From the human T2T-CHM13v2.0 reference genome, Homo sapiens, in NCBI RefSeq assembly GCF_009914755.1, contig NC_060930.1: a stretch of 64,000 nt of DNA. One strand, written 5' to 3'. Position 1 is the stretch's first letter; every line of letters begins with the position of its first letter. The notes under the pieces were generated by a model. It was given only the letters and a program-made list of their open reading frames with translations, had not been told where the DNA came from and ran no database searches. The position numbers and the translations under genes were made by a program. Below, piece after piece: positions 1-12,939 of this stretch.

Positions 1-935
1 ATTTCCAGCATGCTCAGGGAGAAATATTAGTCAAACGGAATAATTCAGCATTTCAATGTTTACTGTAGCTATCTAGCTATCAAAAAGGGAGACTAGAAAT
101 GATAGTTTTAAAAATCAGTGTTCTATTTAAACAATTGAAAGAGTTGGCCAAGAATGAGTACAGTAAACATTTCAAGTTTATACCAAAAATCATTCTGATA
201 ATTATCCTGGTTTATCTGCAGTATCTGTTGTGGGAATCTTAACCCCTGGCAATATTCTTTTCTATGATATTATCATTTAATTAAGCAGCTTATTTCAGTT
301 GTCCAAGGGCTTCTTACACCTTTATTTAAAAAAAAGGTAAAGAAGGCCCTTTAGAATCTTTTGATCTCATCTTGAATCTGTACAAGTTTGTGGCATCACT
401 CAAAACAATCATGTTATTTTTATGCCACTAGTAATAAGGAGATTCATTCTAAGACAGCTGTTTTTCTACCTTTTAATATAAGGCATATATAAATAAAATA
501 AATAAAAATAAATCTGTAAAATAACATTGGAAAAAAATCTATAATGAGAACAAATGATGCCTGTTTTATGTTTTACCCTTAAAAATTCTATTGAAACATT
601 TCTGAAAACATCCCAATGAGTAATTTGCATTATTCAGATACAGTTAACTTGATTATTTAAAGCATAATTTCATGACTCATGAGTATCACTTCTCTCAGTG
701 TGACACACTACATAGACAGTCTTCAACTTTGCCAATGTTACTGGGGAAAACATATGATAGTAAGGGTGTCATATTTTCCTGTAAGGACAATGTTGTAAGT
801 AGGAGGCTGTGTAATTTTGCCCAATGGGTCAATGTCATAAATTACTGATGAACTGTTGAAATGATGTAATTTATAATTTTGAAATTATTTCAAATAGTAA
901 AACACATTTTAATCAATGCATTTAAACAGTAAAGG

Positions 936-1246
936 TTTTTTATTTTTTATTTTTATTTTGAGACACGGTCTCAATCTCACTCTCACTCAGGCTGGAGTGC
1001 AGTGGTGTGATCAAGGCTCACTGCAGCCTCCACCTCCTGGGCCTAGGTGATCCTACCACCTCAGCCCCCTGAGTAGCTGGGACTGTAGGCAAGTACTATC
1101 ATGCCCAGCTGATTTTTTTTTGCTGTTGTTAGAGACAGGGTCTCACTCTGTTGCCAAGGCTGGTCTCAAACTCTTAGCCTTAAGCAATCCCATGCCTCGG
1201 CCTTCCAAAGTGCTGAGATTACAGGTGTGAGCTACCACACCCGGCC
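936..1246 (-). mobile_element. Alu SINE (AluJ-like)
   Basis: Reverse-complement Alu with T-rich tail at 936-960, ending CCCGGCC at 1246; J-type wording (GCTCACTGCAGCCTCC, CAATCC); TAAAGG on both flanks as TSD. Confidence 0.95.
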
Positions 1247-2334
1247 TAAAGGTGTTTTTTTCTAAATCTTGCAAAATCAACATTAATGTAATGTACCTAT
1301 TGATTATTTAAAGAATGTCAATGTAACCATTAGATGGACATCTAGCACATAATTATAATTGTTTTGGAGGTCGCAATTTGACTTATCTCCCCTTTATATG
1401 CTACTTAAATGAAACATTTTCTTAGCAGTTTCTTTTTGTCATTGGAATGTAGGAAGACTTTGAGTTGATGTTTTGATGGTCCAAGTATCTTAATGTGGGA
1501 ACTAGGACTCTTTTCTCTTGTTAAAATTCCCTATAGCAAGGAGAATATTCAGAACTTTTCTATTATTACTTAAGAGCAATAATCACTTTGAGTTGATCTT
1601 TGAAGACATGAAAATAAAAGTTATTTCTGTAGCTCCAATAAGGACTTTAGCTCCGGAGGTTTGGACAGCAGGTGCCTGAACTGTCTAGTCTTTTGGTTCA
1701 CTTTCTTTTCATTGTTTCCCATTTCAGTGACAATTTTATGACAGCCTAGAAGGAAAAAAGGAGACACAAATGAGGAGGTCTAGAATCTGGTGTAGAAGCT
1801 TGAAGGCTGGGGGTGGCAGGTCGGGAGAGCAGAGCCCAGAGAGTGGAAAATAGCAGTTATGCACGTGTGTGTGTATAGACAGATAAATAGATAAACAGAT
1901 AGAAAGATTGCTTTACCTAGAAATACCTATCTCTTTTGAAGCTGATGAGCAAACCAGTTGCTTGAAAACCATTGATTCCTCATAAATAATGTGTTAAACC
2001 ATGCATCATAAATTGACAACTTCTTCTCAATGCCAATGAGAATAAGATGAAGGATTTCAGACCCACATGGGCAACTTGAGCTTTGCAGATATTCAAAGAT
2101 GGTTAACTTTGAATATTCAAAGATGGTAAACTGACATTAAATGAAGGAGATGGTATGAGTAACAGACTTCTTAGTAGGTATGACATGTGGTAGACTATCA
2201 ATCAATAAAGTTCCCTTTACTCTTCACTGAAAACAGGTCAAGTCTGTATTAATATTTGTATACAATGTTTTAGCTGGTCATAAAAGTCATTTGTTTCTTT
2301 GCATCGATGGTGTGCAGTAGAAACAAAATAATTT

Positions 2335-2500
2335 TAAAGTCAAACAGACATAGGTGTGAATTTCAGCTCTATCCTCACTTGCTACGTGACCTTGAGCAAT
2401 AATCACTTTGAGTCAATCTTTGAAGACATGAAAATAAAAGTTATTTCTTAGTTGGTGTCTCTGAACCCAAGGTTCCTCTTACATGAAATGAGATTTAAAA
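2335..2500 (+). mobile_element. MIR SINE fragment carrying a templated insertion
   Basis: MIR core-like GTGACCTTGAGCAA...TCTCTGAACC...TTCCTCTTACATGAAATGAGAT; interrupted at 2394-2448 and followed by an Alu, with MIR-like sequence resuming at about 2855-2900. Confidence 0.7.
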
Positions 2501-2514
2501 TTTAACAAGAATCA

Positions 2515-2837
<323 letters not shown>

Positions 2838-3288
2838 CATTAACAAGAGCAACTATCGCACTGTGAGGTCAGAGAAAATATGGGTTAAGGCACCCAGGTC
2901 GTGATGCCTTTTATGATGTACTGGGCAAAGTTCTATGCGTACAGAACACTGAGGTAAAGCACACAAACCAGTTCCTTGCTCTAGGGAGTTTATATTTTGG
3001 TAGGCAAGTGTTCAATAACTGTTAGAATTTATTACTATCTGCAAACACTGCATTATAAAGCACAGAGAAATACTAGATGGAACATCCGCCTTCTGGAGCC
3101 TGCAATGTTTCAAGAAGTATTTGAGGTAGGAAGGAAAGAATTAAAGGTGAAAGAAAAAAAAAGAAAAGCAAGCAAGCCAGCAGCAGAAGGTACCACTAAA
3201 GAAATGATGGGAAAGTGGCTTGGGGAGGAAATTGGGCTACTGTTAAAAGCAATCTGTGGGCCTAGAAGAAAAACCTGTCCCCTCTGCT

Positions 3289-3305
3289 TAGCCCTCTAGT
3301 GGTGG
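3289..3305 (-). promoter_or_regulatory. Candidate CTCF core motif
   Basis: Minus strand reads CCACCACTAGAGGGCTA, matching the CTCF core CCASYAGRKGGC; motif only, no binding data. Confidence 0.45.
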
Positions 3306-3315
3306 GAACAAATAA

Positions 3316-3365
3316 AAACATAAATGCTTGAGCAGCAAGTATAAACATAAATGCTTGAGCAGCAA
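3316..3365. repeat. Tandem duplication, period 27
   Basis: AAACATAAATGCTTGAGCAGCAA occurs at 3316-3338 and 3343-3365. Confidence 0.9.
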
Positions 3366-3823
3366 CAGACAAATTAACTGGTTACAGAAAGGCCACCTAT
3401 TATGTTTCCATTCTCCCCTGGTATAAGATTTTGAAGAAAAAAAATTAATAAAGCCATAATGGTATACATGTAATATGTGTGTGTTTGTGTGCATATTTAT
3501 GCATATCTGCATCTGAGCGTTGGATCGACGTTTTTCAAAATTGTGGGTTTTTAAAAAATTTACAGCGTGATTATGTGTTTGGGCTGCTTATACATCAATG
3601 CATGATTTATAAGAGGGAAAGTGGAGAAGTGCCCTCAGTTATTTCGGTCTCTTTTCTTCTTCACCAGATCTCTTGATGCATAAGTGTTACCCATCACATA
3701 GGCCAGCAGATCTTTTGTAAATCCTTCCCCACTCTCTCCTTTGCATTTCAGTCTCCACTGCCAGGTGCTTGCTCATTCTTTTGCAGAGAGAAAGGAGAAG
3801 AGTGCCAAGATGTCATTGTGAAC

Positions 3824-3855
3824 ACCCGCCCCCCCCCCCCTCCCCCCCGCCCTCC
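3824..3855 (-). other. C-rich tract; potential G-quadruplex on minus strand / i-motif on plus strand
   Basis: CCCG-C12-T-C7-GCCCTCC gives four or more runs of G3 or longer on the minus strand. Confidence 0.7.
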
Positions 3856-4454
3856 GTGCTGGGCAGTCTTTCTGCTGTGGCAGCATTATCATCCATAGCA
3901 CGGCAGGTATTTCCCCTCAGGGATTACTGTTTCTGTTCAGCACCGAGACAGTCTAATGTGCTGAGATTATTATCATATATAAGGCATTTGTGTAAGGTTT
4001 ACCAAAAAAATACCTCCGAAAGGAAGATAGACTGAGGTTAATGCATCTCTTTAGTTTGCTTCCTGCACATCTGAGTGCCAGAATTCTGTGCTTTATTAAG
4101 TTCCTTTTGTGGGCTCTGATACGGAATTGTGCACATGCGTCCCTGCAATGTACGTTATCTTATTCCTTTTAAAAGGTGATTTGTCTCACCAGAAGGCAGT
4201 ATTCTCTTAGGCTCGGCAAGAGTAACTTTGACTTCTTTGTTTAAAATAGCTCCCTTATTGTCCTTAACATTTCATCTGACAAAGTAAGCAATTTCATTGT
4301 GTGCAGATTTCATGCACCTGCTGAAAGTATGCATCTCTTCCCTGCCAATTCCTAAACCAAGCCAGCAAGGTGAATAGTTTAAATGTAATTTGTTTGCAGT
4401 TAGCAAAACTGTGGAGAGGAGGGAACTGATAACGATACTGAAGCCATTTCTTTA

Positions 4455-4482
4455 AAAACAAACAAACAAACAAACAAACAAA
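4455..4482. repeat. (AAAC)n microsatellite
   Basis: Direct reading of the sequence. Confidence 0.9.
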
Positions 4483-5184
4483 CTGAGTTCCAAACACATA
4501 ACATGAAGACTTTCGCTCTCCACTTGGAAGGATGACTTTAGCCACATGTTGATATTTAATTGTTGGTCGGTGTGCCCAGTGGACTGCTTGGCACATAATG
4601 AGAGCTTAGTAAGCATGTGCGTTTGTCAATAGTTATCAATGAATGGATTGATAAATGTTGATGGCTGATATAGAGAATATAATCTTAACTATTCTGTAAA
4701 TGGAAAATTTTAAGTTGGTACCAACACATGTCAGATACTTTTCTTGAGACAATACTGCAAATTTCCTTCAAAATAGTGACAGTTTTAAGGTCTCTGTGTT
4801 CTAATAAACCCAATTTCCTTTCAGCATCTTAAGGACCTTACTGTTAGGTAAAACTTTATGGGCAGATGTTTCCTAACAAAACTGAGTAGACCTTGAGTCT
4901 AAGATTCAGAGCTGCAAGGCATGCACTGATGTTACTTACAAACCAAACCAGATTTCTTACGTGTAAGGTGTGGTAGGAACACTTGGCTCTTATTGAGCTT
5001 TTTAGTCATATATTTGCTTGTTAACTTTTGAAGTAATATTAATCTTACAGGAATTTTGGAAATATAGGAATGTATAACATCATCACCTTAATAATTAATG
5101 CTTCTTTCGTCCTTTTTTTTTTTTGTGGCCTTAGGAGATTTGTGGTAATTGCAACTACAGTTTATATACCGCTTAGCAACTTGC

Positions 5185-5503
5185 TTTTTATTTTTATTTT
5201 TATTTTTATTGAGACAGGGTCTCACTCTGCCACCCAGGCTGGAGTGCAGTGGCCCAGTCTCAGCTCACTGCAGCTTCTGCCTCCCATGCTCAAGGAATCT
5301 TCCAACCTCAGCTTCCTGAGTAGCTAGGACCACAGCTAGGACACACGCCACACACCCTGCTAATTTTTTTCTTTGTTTTTTTTTTGTAGAGATGGAGTTT
5401 CGCCATGTAGCCCAGGCTGGTCTCAAACTCCTGAGCTCAAGGGATCTGGCCGCGTTGGCCTCCCAAAGGGCTGGGATTATAGGCGTGAGCCACTGCGCCC
5501 AGC
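5185..5503 (-). mobile_element. Alu SINE (AluJ-like)
   Basis: Reverse Alu; TSD AGCAACTTGC(TTTT) at 5175 and 5504; small internal duplication of AGCTAGGAC. Confidence 0.95.
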
Positions 5504-8500
5504 AGCAACTTGCTTTTTTTCTTTTGTTAAAGATAATGTTCTCTTATAAGCATTTTATGTTGCTGCATGGTCTTCATAGTTGTAGGTAATTCGACCACAC
5601 CTGGTATAATCACATTCACAGATGTCATTTTTAACACCAGCATTATATACGTATATGTATAAATATACAGATATAGATAGGTAGGTAGGTAGATAGATAC
5701 GGATAAATAATAGCCACTCACTATTTGTAAACTAAAGATTCAGCAATCTCTTCTATGACAAAAGAGATGAGTCAAAAACCAAGAAACAAACTCTAAAGGT
5801 CTTTGAGTAGTCAACTTATATGACACAAAGCTCATTTATCTTAAGCACAGTGCTTCTCAATACTTACTGAGAATCTATGAATGTTAATTGACATATAAAT
5901 CCAACACATTTGGTTATTAGTATTGATTTTAGTATTAGTATTAATATTTGTAGTGGCTAGAAACTGTTAGCCCAAAGAAAACAGAAAAACTATGAAAACA
6001 ATTATACTACCTCAATGAGAACAGCAGCTTGCAGCCATCTAGTATAAGAAAAAAATTACTGAATACATCCCAAGATGTTTCAGTGGCACAGTATCCTAAT
6101 TAAGATTCATGGTAATAAACTATTTAAAAAGTGCTACTTTACATTCAAGATGCTGTGTTTCCAAAGGCAGGAAAACAGCTAATATATCTTGAGATGTTTC
6201 CATCCAAAATTAATTTTAAAAAATTAAAGCTAAGGCTTAAAGGAACAAAACTCCTCAAAATTTGCCCCTTTGAAACGATTTCTATCTCACTGATACCAGT
6301 TAACTGAGGTTTTGAAAATATTCACTATTTCCGGTATATTATCTTTTATTTGAACTTTGATATATCTCACCATCTTGATGTGGTTAGAAGAACAGCCTTT
6401 CCTGAGACAGCAGCTGATCATTGGGCAGTGCTAGAATTGAACATCATAAAGAAGAAAAGGAAAATAAATGATTCATGATAACCAAATATTATCCTTGATG
6501 CCATGCACCGAGATTTTCATTAATCCATCCATAACTAGGCTAGATCAATAGCACGTATTGGTTATAAACAGAGTAACTAACCAACCCACACAAGAAATCA
6601 AACCTGTATGCTAACATTTTTATCTTAACCATCAGAAATGATCACTCGCTAATGGAAGATCAAGATTTGTCCATTTTCTCTGACATACTCTTACCAATAT
6701 ACATATATGTGCATATACATATGTTAAACTACAAGATTTTCTATAAACACAAACACACATAAGGGTGCTTGCTCATTTTTCTTTTCTCCTACTATCATTT
6801 TTTCCCAAGCTTCTTTAGGCTCCATTAGACTGAATCAAGGTGCCCATCTCATTTCTATTAAAAATCTAATGTAACTCGTAGAGACTTTTATTTGGAAATG
6901 TAATAGCATTTCATCTAGAAAGGAGGGGAGGGGCATTTGATAAAAGGTTTCTCAAGACAATTGGTTTGCAACATGCCTGAAGATTATCTCACTTTAAATG
7001 ACATTTAATAGGTTTTTCTTCCACATCCTGATAAACATTTCAGTGTTACTGATCACTTTGAAAATAAGACTTGGGAACTTGAGCAAAAATGAGGAAAATA
7101 GCTAGGTTTCTGGTTCTGAATGTTGTTTCAAATGGCTTTCTGCTGTCAGAGAACACTAAATGAACTCCCCTGAGAAAGAAATCTACCTCAATTTAAAGGA
7201 AGCAAATCTTTTTTTCTTTTTTTAAGAAAGGGTTGTAAATTCTTGGATTAATGGCTGACAGTCAAAGGACATTCATTAGAACCACTAAAATGCCAAGGAA
7301 ATCAGACTTTTTTTTTTTTCACTTCTCAAAGCACATTTAATCTTATTGCCTCCCAGTATCAATGATTGTTCTTTCTTGAATTTCAAAGACAGGCACTATT
7401 CTTTTTAAACAGAAGTCAAATGACTTTGCAGATGGCACCTGATTCATCTCACAGTGCAAGTTCTCTAAAGGTGACATGGATGCCCCCTCTCCCCAGCAGG
7501 AAGTCTCCAGTGTGGCAAGAGTTAGATGCTGCAGTTTTCCCAACGTAAGAGCAATGACAGAAGCTCCCTAGGAGCGTGTGAAAGAATGAGCCAATTAGGA
7601 AGGCCTTGCCGCAATGCCAGTAGTTCTGGAAGACTTAAGTGCAGAGCCCTCACAATTAACAATAAAGCGCTTAGGCTTCAGTGTGGTGAGGTCCCACGTC
7701 GGTGATTCGGTCAGCCAGACCTTCGTTTCCTTGTATGAACACATATACTTGCCAGGAAGAGAAGGTACCCTATGTCGTGGAATGTGAGGATGCTGAGTTG
7801 TCTGCAACCCCCTGTGGAAAGCAGCTTCAGGCCAAACTCTTTGGAGACATGAATGATGGGTCTGATTGGAAGAGAAAAAATAGTCTAGATAGCACACAGT
7901 AATGGTAGTGGACAGGCTGAGCATGTAGGTCAGACAGCCTGGGGCTGGCACAGAGTCCATATGGGCGGGAAGTGCAAGAGCTAGGGAATGTTGAGATTTT
8001 GCTGATGTTATGATTTCATTGCTTTGCAGAACCGATGAGGCCTGGCATAGTTCAGGTCCCATGAACTATGATGTCATAAACCATCATCTGTGCAGCATTT
8101 AGAAGTTTTCCCGTCCCCCAGATAATGAAATAATAATGAGGGAAATGTCTTTCTTCTTTTTCCCCCAGAATTCCTAGGAATCTTTGAAATATAAAACAAA
8201 AATACACAATTCATACCCCCAATAATTATATTAACTAAACCATTAATTAATTATTAATTAAACCTTACAGTAGGAGGTTTTAATTTTCAGAAAATAAATA
8301 AAGCCATATTTATTCAAAATTAGGTGAGTCATACACTGCTTTGTCACTGAGATTTCCTGGGTGACTCCATGCTACAAAAATTAATGCCTGCTTCTTTTTC
8401 CTGCTCTGGCTTTGAGATCTTATAGGATTTCTTGTCTTCTATGTCCTTTCTCCTGCCATGTCATGGTATTTGACTGCATGGACTGAAACTTGGAATCGTC

Positions 8501-8945
8501 ATGAATTCTTTTTTCCCTCTTGCCCTGGGCAAATTTTACCTCTTTATCTCTACTCCCTATTCTTATCCCAAAGCCTATGCCAGATATTGGATCTCCTTCT
8601 TCCGTCACAACTTCCAAGAAGCCACCAGAATAACAATGGTTACTGCTGCCCTAGCCTACAGTCTAACTCCTACCTCATCTACATTCACCACAGATACTGC
8701 TGATCGATGCCTGCACTCTTGCCCATCAGGCCCGCGTGCAGATGCAAAGTCCTCCTTCATTCTTGCTCCAGGGAGCCACTGCTAGTTAATCAACTTTGCA
8801 CACAAGATGAAATTTTTTGCCATCCCTTCTGTATGGCATTGCCTGGGGAAGGGAAACTTTACTTCTTCATCATTTGTTCTCACTTTAGCAGAAAATCACT
8901 CTTTCCCAGTTGGGTCTCCAGTAGCCTTTGGCCTCATTCAGTCTT

Positions 8946-9396
8946 GGTATTTGTTTCCCAGTACTGCTGTAGCAAAGTACCAAAATCTGAGTGGCTTAAA
9001 ATCATAGAAATGTATTGTCTGAGTCTGAAACCAAGGTGTCAGCAGGGCCATGCTCTATCTAATGGCTCTAGGGGAGGAGCCTCCCTTGCCTCTTCCAGCT
9101 TCTGATGTTTGGCAGTCCTTGGCATTTCTTGGCTTGTAAATGCATCATCCCAGTTACATGGCTGTCTTTTCCCTGTGTGTCTTCACGCCCTCTTCCTGCA
9201 CGTGCCTCTGTGCCTCTTCTTCTCTCCTTATAAGAACACCAATTGTATTGGATCAGGTCCCACCTTCATGACCTCAACTTAACTCCCTTAAGTCTCCCAA
9301 GACCCTGTTTCCAAATAAGATCACATTCCAAGGTACGGGAATTCAGGACTTCAATATGTCTTCTTGGGGTGGGGGACATAATTAAACCCATAACTA
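8946..9396 (-). mobile_element. MaLR solo LTR (MLT1C-like)
   Basis: AAAGTACCA...GTGGCTTAAAA...CAAGGTGTCAGCAGGGCCATGCTC...GGCTCTAGGGGAG...TTGCCTCTTCCAGCTTCT...TTTCCAAATAAGATCACATTC, typical of MLT1 in reverse orientation. Confidence 0.85.
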
Positions 9397-10172
9397 TATT
9401 CCAGTGTTTTCATACACCTATGTAGTATATCTAAATCTTCCCAATTTTAAGAGAGTTCGTGTGTTCACACATCTGAAAAATTCTGCCTCACCCTGATTCC
9501 ACAAACTGGACATAATTATTGCAAACTCATACAAAGGCAATAGATTTAGAAAATCGGACATGTCCTTGGCCAGACTGATCAACAAGAATTGTACCAGGGA
9601 AGTGGGTGCTGAGCAATGGATGCAACAAGTATAAAGTGAGGCTTTGAACTTTAAATAGCCTAGTTCAAGGGAGGCTTGGGAAACAATACACAGGCGAACA
9701 TTTAAATAACAATCTAGGACATTAATAAGGGAATGCAAGGAAATGCAGTGCTGTTGAGAATAGCAGTGGGTTTTGATGGCATTAGAAAATGTTACCACAA
9801 AGGAATCCAACAATACTCAGATTTTGCCTTTCAATCAGCCAACAGCCTACAGATTTCCTGAGGGAAACAGACATGAGTAATAACAGTCTAATGCAATAAA
9901 AGGTTCCATTTTATCCTTAATTACGCAAGCACCCAGTAACTCATCATGCACAGCAATAGGAAAGCTGGGTTGGAATAGAGTCCGGCATATATGTAATTAC
10001 ACAGACGTCACATGCTTCTACTTTGATTTCCCAAATCCTTAATAATCTAATAGATTCTACATATTCTAAAGCAGTTGGAATTTTAAACTCTGAATTTTCC
10101 TTTAAAAAATAAAAATCTTACACAATCAGGCATTGCTCTGCCGAATGTTTTCTTTTGTCATGTATTCCATGA

Positions 10173-10522
<350 letters not shown>

Positions 10523-11906
10523 AAAAAACATTTTTATTATGTTCTAATATGTGGTAAGAGGTATTGAGGCCCTAAGAGAAATAATTGTGAAGCCAATTTA
10601 AAGTACCAGTAAATTGACGAGGGCCAAGCAACGGCCCAGAGCTGGGGTGACCCATGCCTTTCTCTTTTTCTTCCTCCCTATCCTATAAAAACAAACACAT
10701 CTAACAACAGAAAACAACAAAAATCTTACCAAAGAAAGTCATAATCTCAATCAGAAGAATCCAACTTAAGAAATAATAGTACCAGACATAGAAATATGGA
10801 GGAAGGCAGAACGGGATGGTACAGCAGAAGTCAGGAACCAGATTCTGAATCTGCCGTTACCCAAAGTGGCAGAATTGAGCAAGACAGCTCACTTTCCTGG
10901 GACTCCGTTTCTTTCACCTGTCAAACAACAGAGTCAGACCAGATGATTTCTGCAATCTCTTTATATTTATATTTATATTTACTGATATATTTCTAGGCAG
11001 CATACAAAAACCCTGAAAATCCCCCTAGGTCTGTGGCCTAAAGCCTTCCAATATCCTGGAAAGCTTTCTGTGATATATGCTTCTCAATGGATCACAAAAG
11101 CATACAATCATTGCTGGTAGGAAATGAAAAAAGTAAACGTTGCTCAGAAAGTATTCAAAGAGGGCACTGATGTTACCAAAAAATCATTCCTCACTCTGAT
11201 AGTTTATGACAGCAAAGCTTATAGAACTTGCTTTTAGGATACAAACTCCTTATCCAAGCATGCTGAAATCATGGCAATCTCTGGAAGTCATTGACTCTCG
11301 GATCTGGTGAGTACCCAAATTCATCACCTTCCTTTATCAGCACTGGGTATAATGCATCCTATGTGAAGAAATTGTAACCTAAGTCCTAAAATCTCTAGGT
11401 GCCTTCGCTCCTATGAGAACTTTTGCTATCTTATTGCAACTTGAAGCATCGATAATCCAGCCTTACTTCTAACCTAAGTCTCCAGCACTGCCTATTTCAA
11501 TTCAATTTATTCAAAAGGCACATATTAAGTACCAACTGTCAAGAAACAAACATTGTAAAATGTATAAAATTGGATAAAAAACAATCCTGGGCTCAAAAAG
11601 TTAGTCTCTTGAAGAAATGGTAAACCTACGTCACATGTGCTGCCACTGCCCTGCTCCAGTGTCCCTTGCAGACTTTTTTTCTTTCCTATTCATGGACTCA
11701 GCCTCAGAATCTCCAACGAAACACCTAGACAGGCAAAAGAAGCTGATCAGATTTGGCACAGGAGATAGGATTTATTTGTTAACTCTGGTTGGCATGTCAC
11801 GTCATGAGTCAAGACAATTTTTTAAATGCTAAGTAGAGATTCAAATAATGTGCTGAGAGAGTGAAAATGAAGGACAATTTATTCTGAATGAAGGGAACAG
11901 AGAGGG

Positions 11907-12272
11907 TGTATTAGTCCGTTCTCACACTGCTAATAAAGACATACCCAAGACTGGGTAATTTATAAAGGAAAGAGGTTTGATTGACTCATGGTTCCCCATT
12001 GCTGGGGAAGCCTCAGGAAACTTACAATCATGGTGCAAGGCTCCTCTTCACAGGTTGGCAGGAGGAAGAATGAGTACCCGGTGAAGGGGGAAGCCCCTTA
12101 TAAACCCATCAGATCTTGTGAGAACTAACTCACTGTCATGAGAACAGGATGGGGGAAACTGCCCCCCTGATTCAGTTATCTCTACCTGGTCCCTCTCAGG
12201 ACATGTGGGGATTATGGGAGCTGTATACGATTCAAGATGAGATTTGGGTGGGGACACAGCCAAACTGTATCA
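11907..12272 (-). mobile_element. THE1 (THE1C-like) MaLR solo LTR
   Basis: TGTATTAGTCCGTTCTCACACTGCT...GAGATTTGGGTGGGGACACAGCCAAACTGTATCA; TG...CA termini; perfect 5-bp TSD GAGGG at 11902-11906 and 12273-12277. Confidence 0.95.
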
Positions 12273-12939
12273 GAGGGCTTCATGGATGAGAAGGTACTTA
12301 CAAAAGACTTTACAAAATTAATATGATGTCAATAGGTAGATGTTTAGGGCCTGAATATTCCTGACTGGGACAAAAGCAGAAACAAAGACATATAGGCGTT
12401 GTCAATACGTATAGGTGGAACTACATGTATTGACAACCCCAGGTGACTGGGTTATGGGTGTATATAAGGCTATAGTGGGAAGCAAAACGTAACCTAGAGT
12501 TATGCCATGAAAAACCTTCAATGTCTTAGGAAATTTAACTTTTTATTCTGAGATGATGGAAATCCTTTTGAGGGAAAGTAGCAATGTACTACTTTGATCG
12601 ATTCATTTAAAATGGAACAATAAATGCCCAAAGTACCCATTTCTCCAAAGAGCTGCCAAGCACAAGGTTTCTCCAAAATCTGCTTAAAGCTTTGTCATGG
12701 AAATGTGTATGTTTCTTTTGATTTCATTCCCTCAGATGTAGGGTAGTAGGCCAGGCTAATAGGATGTATTTTTGGTTGAACAACTTGTCTCAGAGGATGT
12801 TTGTACCTTGTTAGCATTTTCCCTTATTTCTATCAAATCAGGATAGAATGCTTTGTTGTGTACCTAAGGAAATATCACCGTTAGATGGATGAATTTTTGT
12901 CCAGGGACTTCCTGAATACCTAATTCTTAAAAACTTTGC

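Noticed and set aside
488-515. AATAAA cluster as the polyadenylation signal of an upstream gene
   Set aside because: It lies in low-complexity A-rich DNA, and no terminal exon or clear downstream element can be shown from the sequence alone
9556-9567. p53 half-site GGACATGTCC
   Set aside because: No second adjacent half-site
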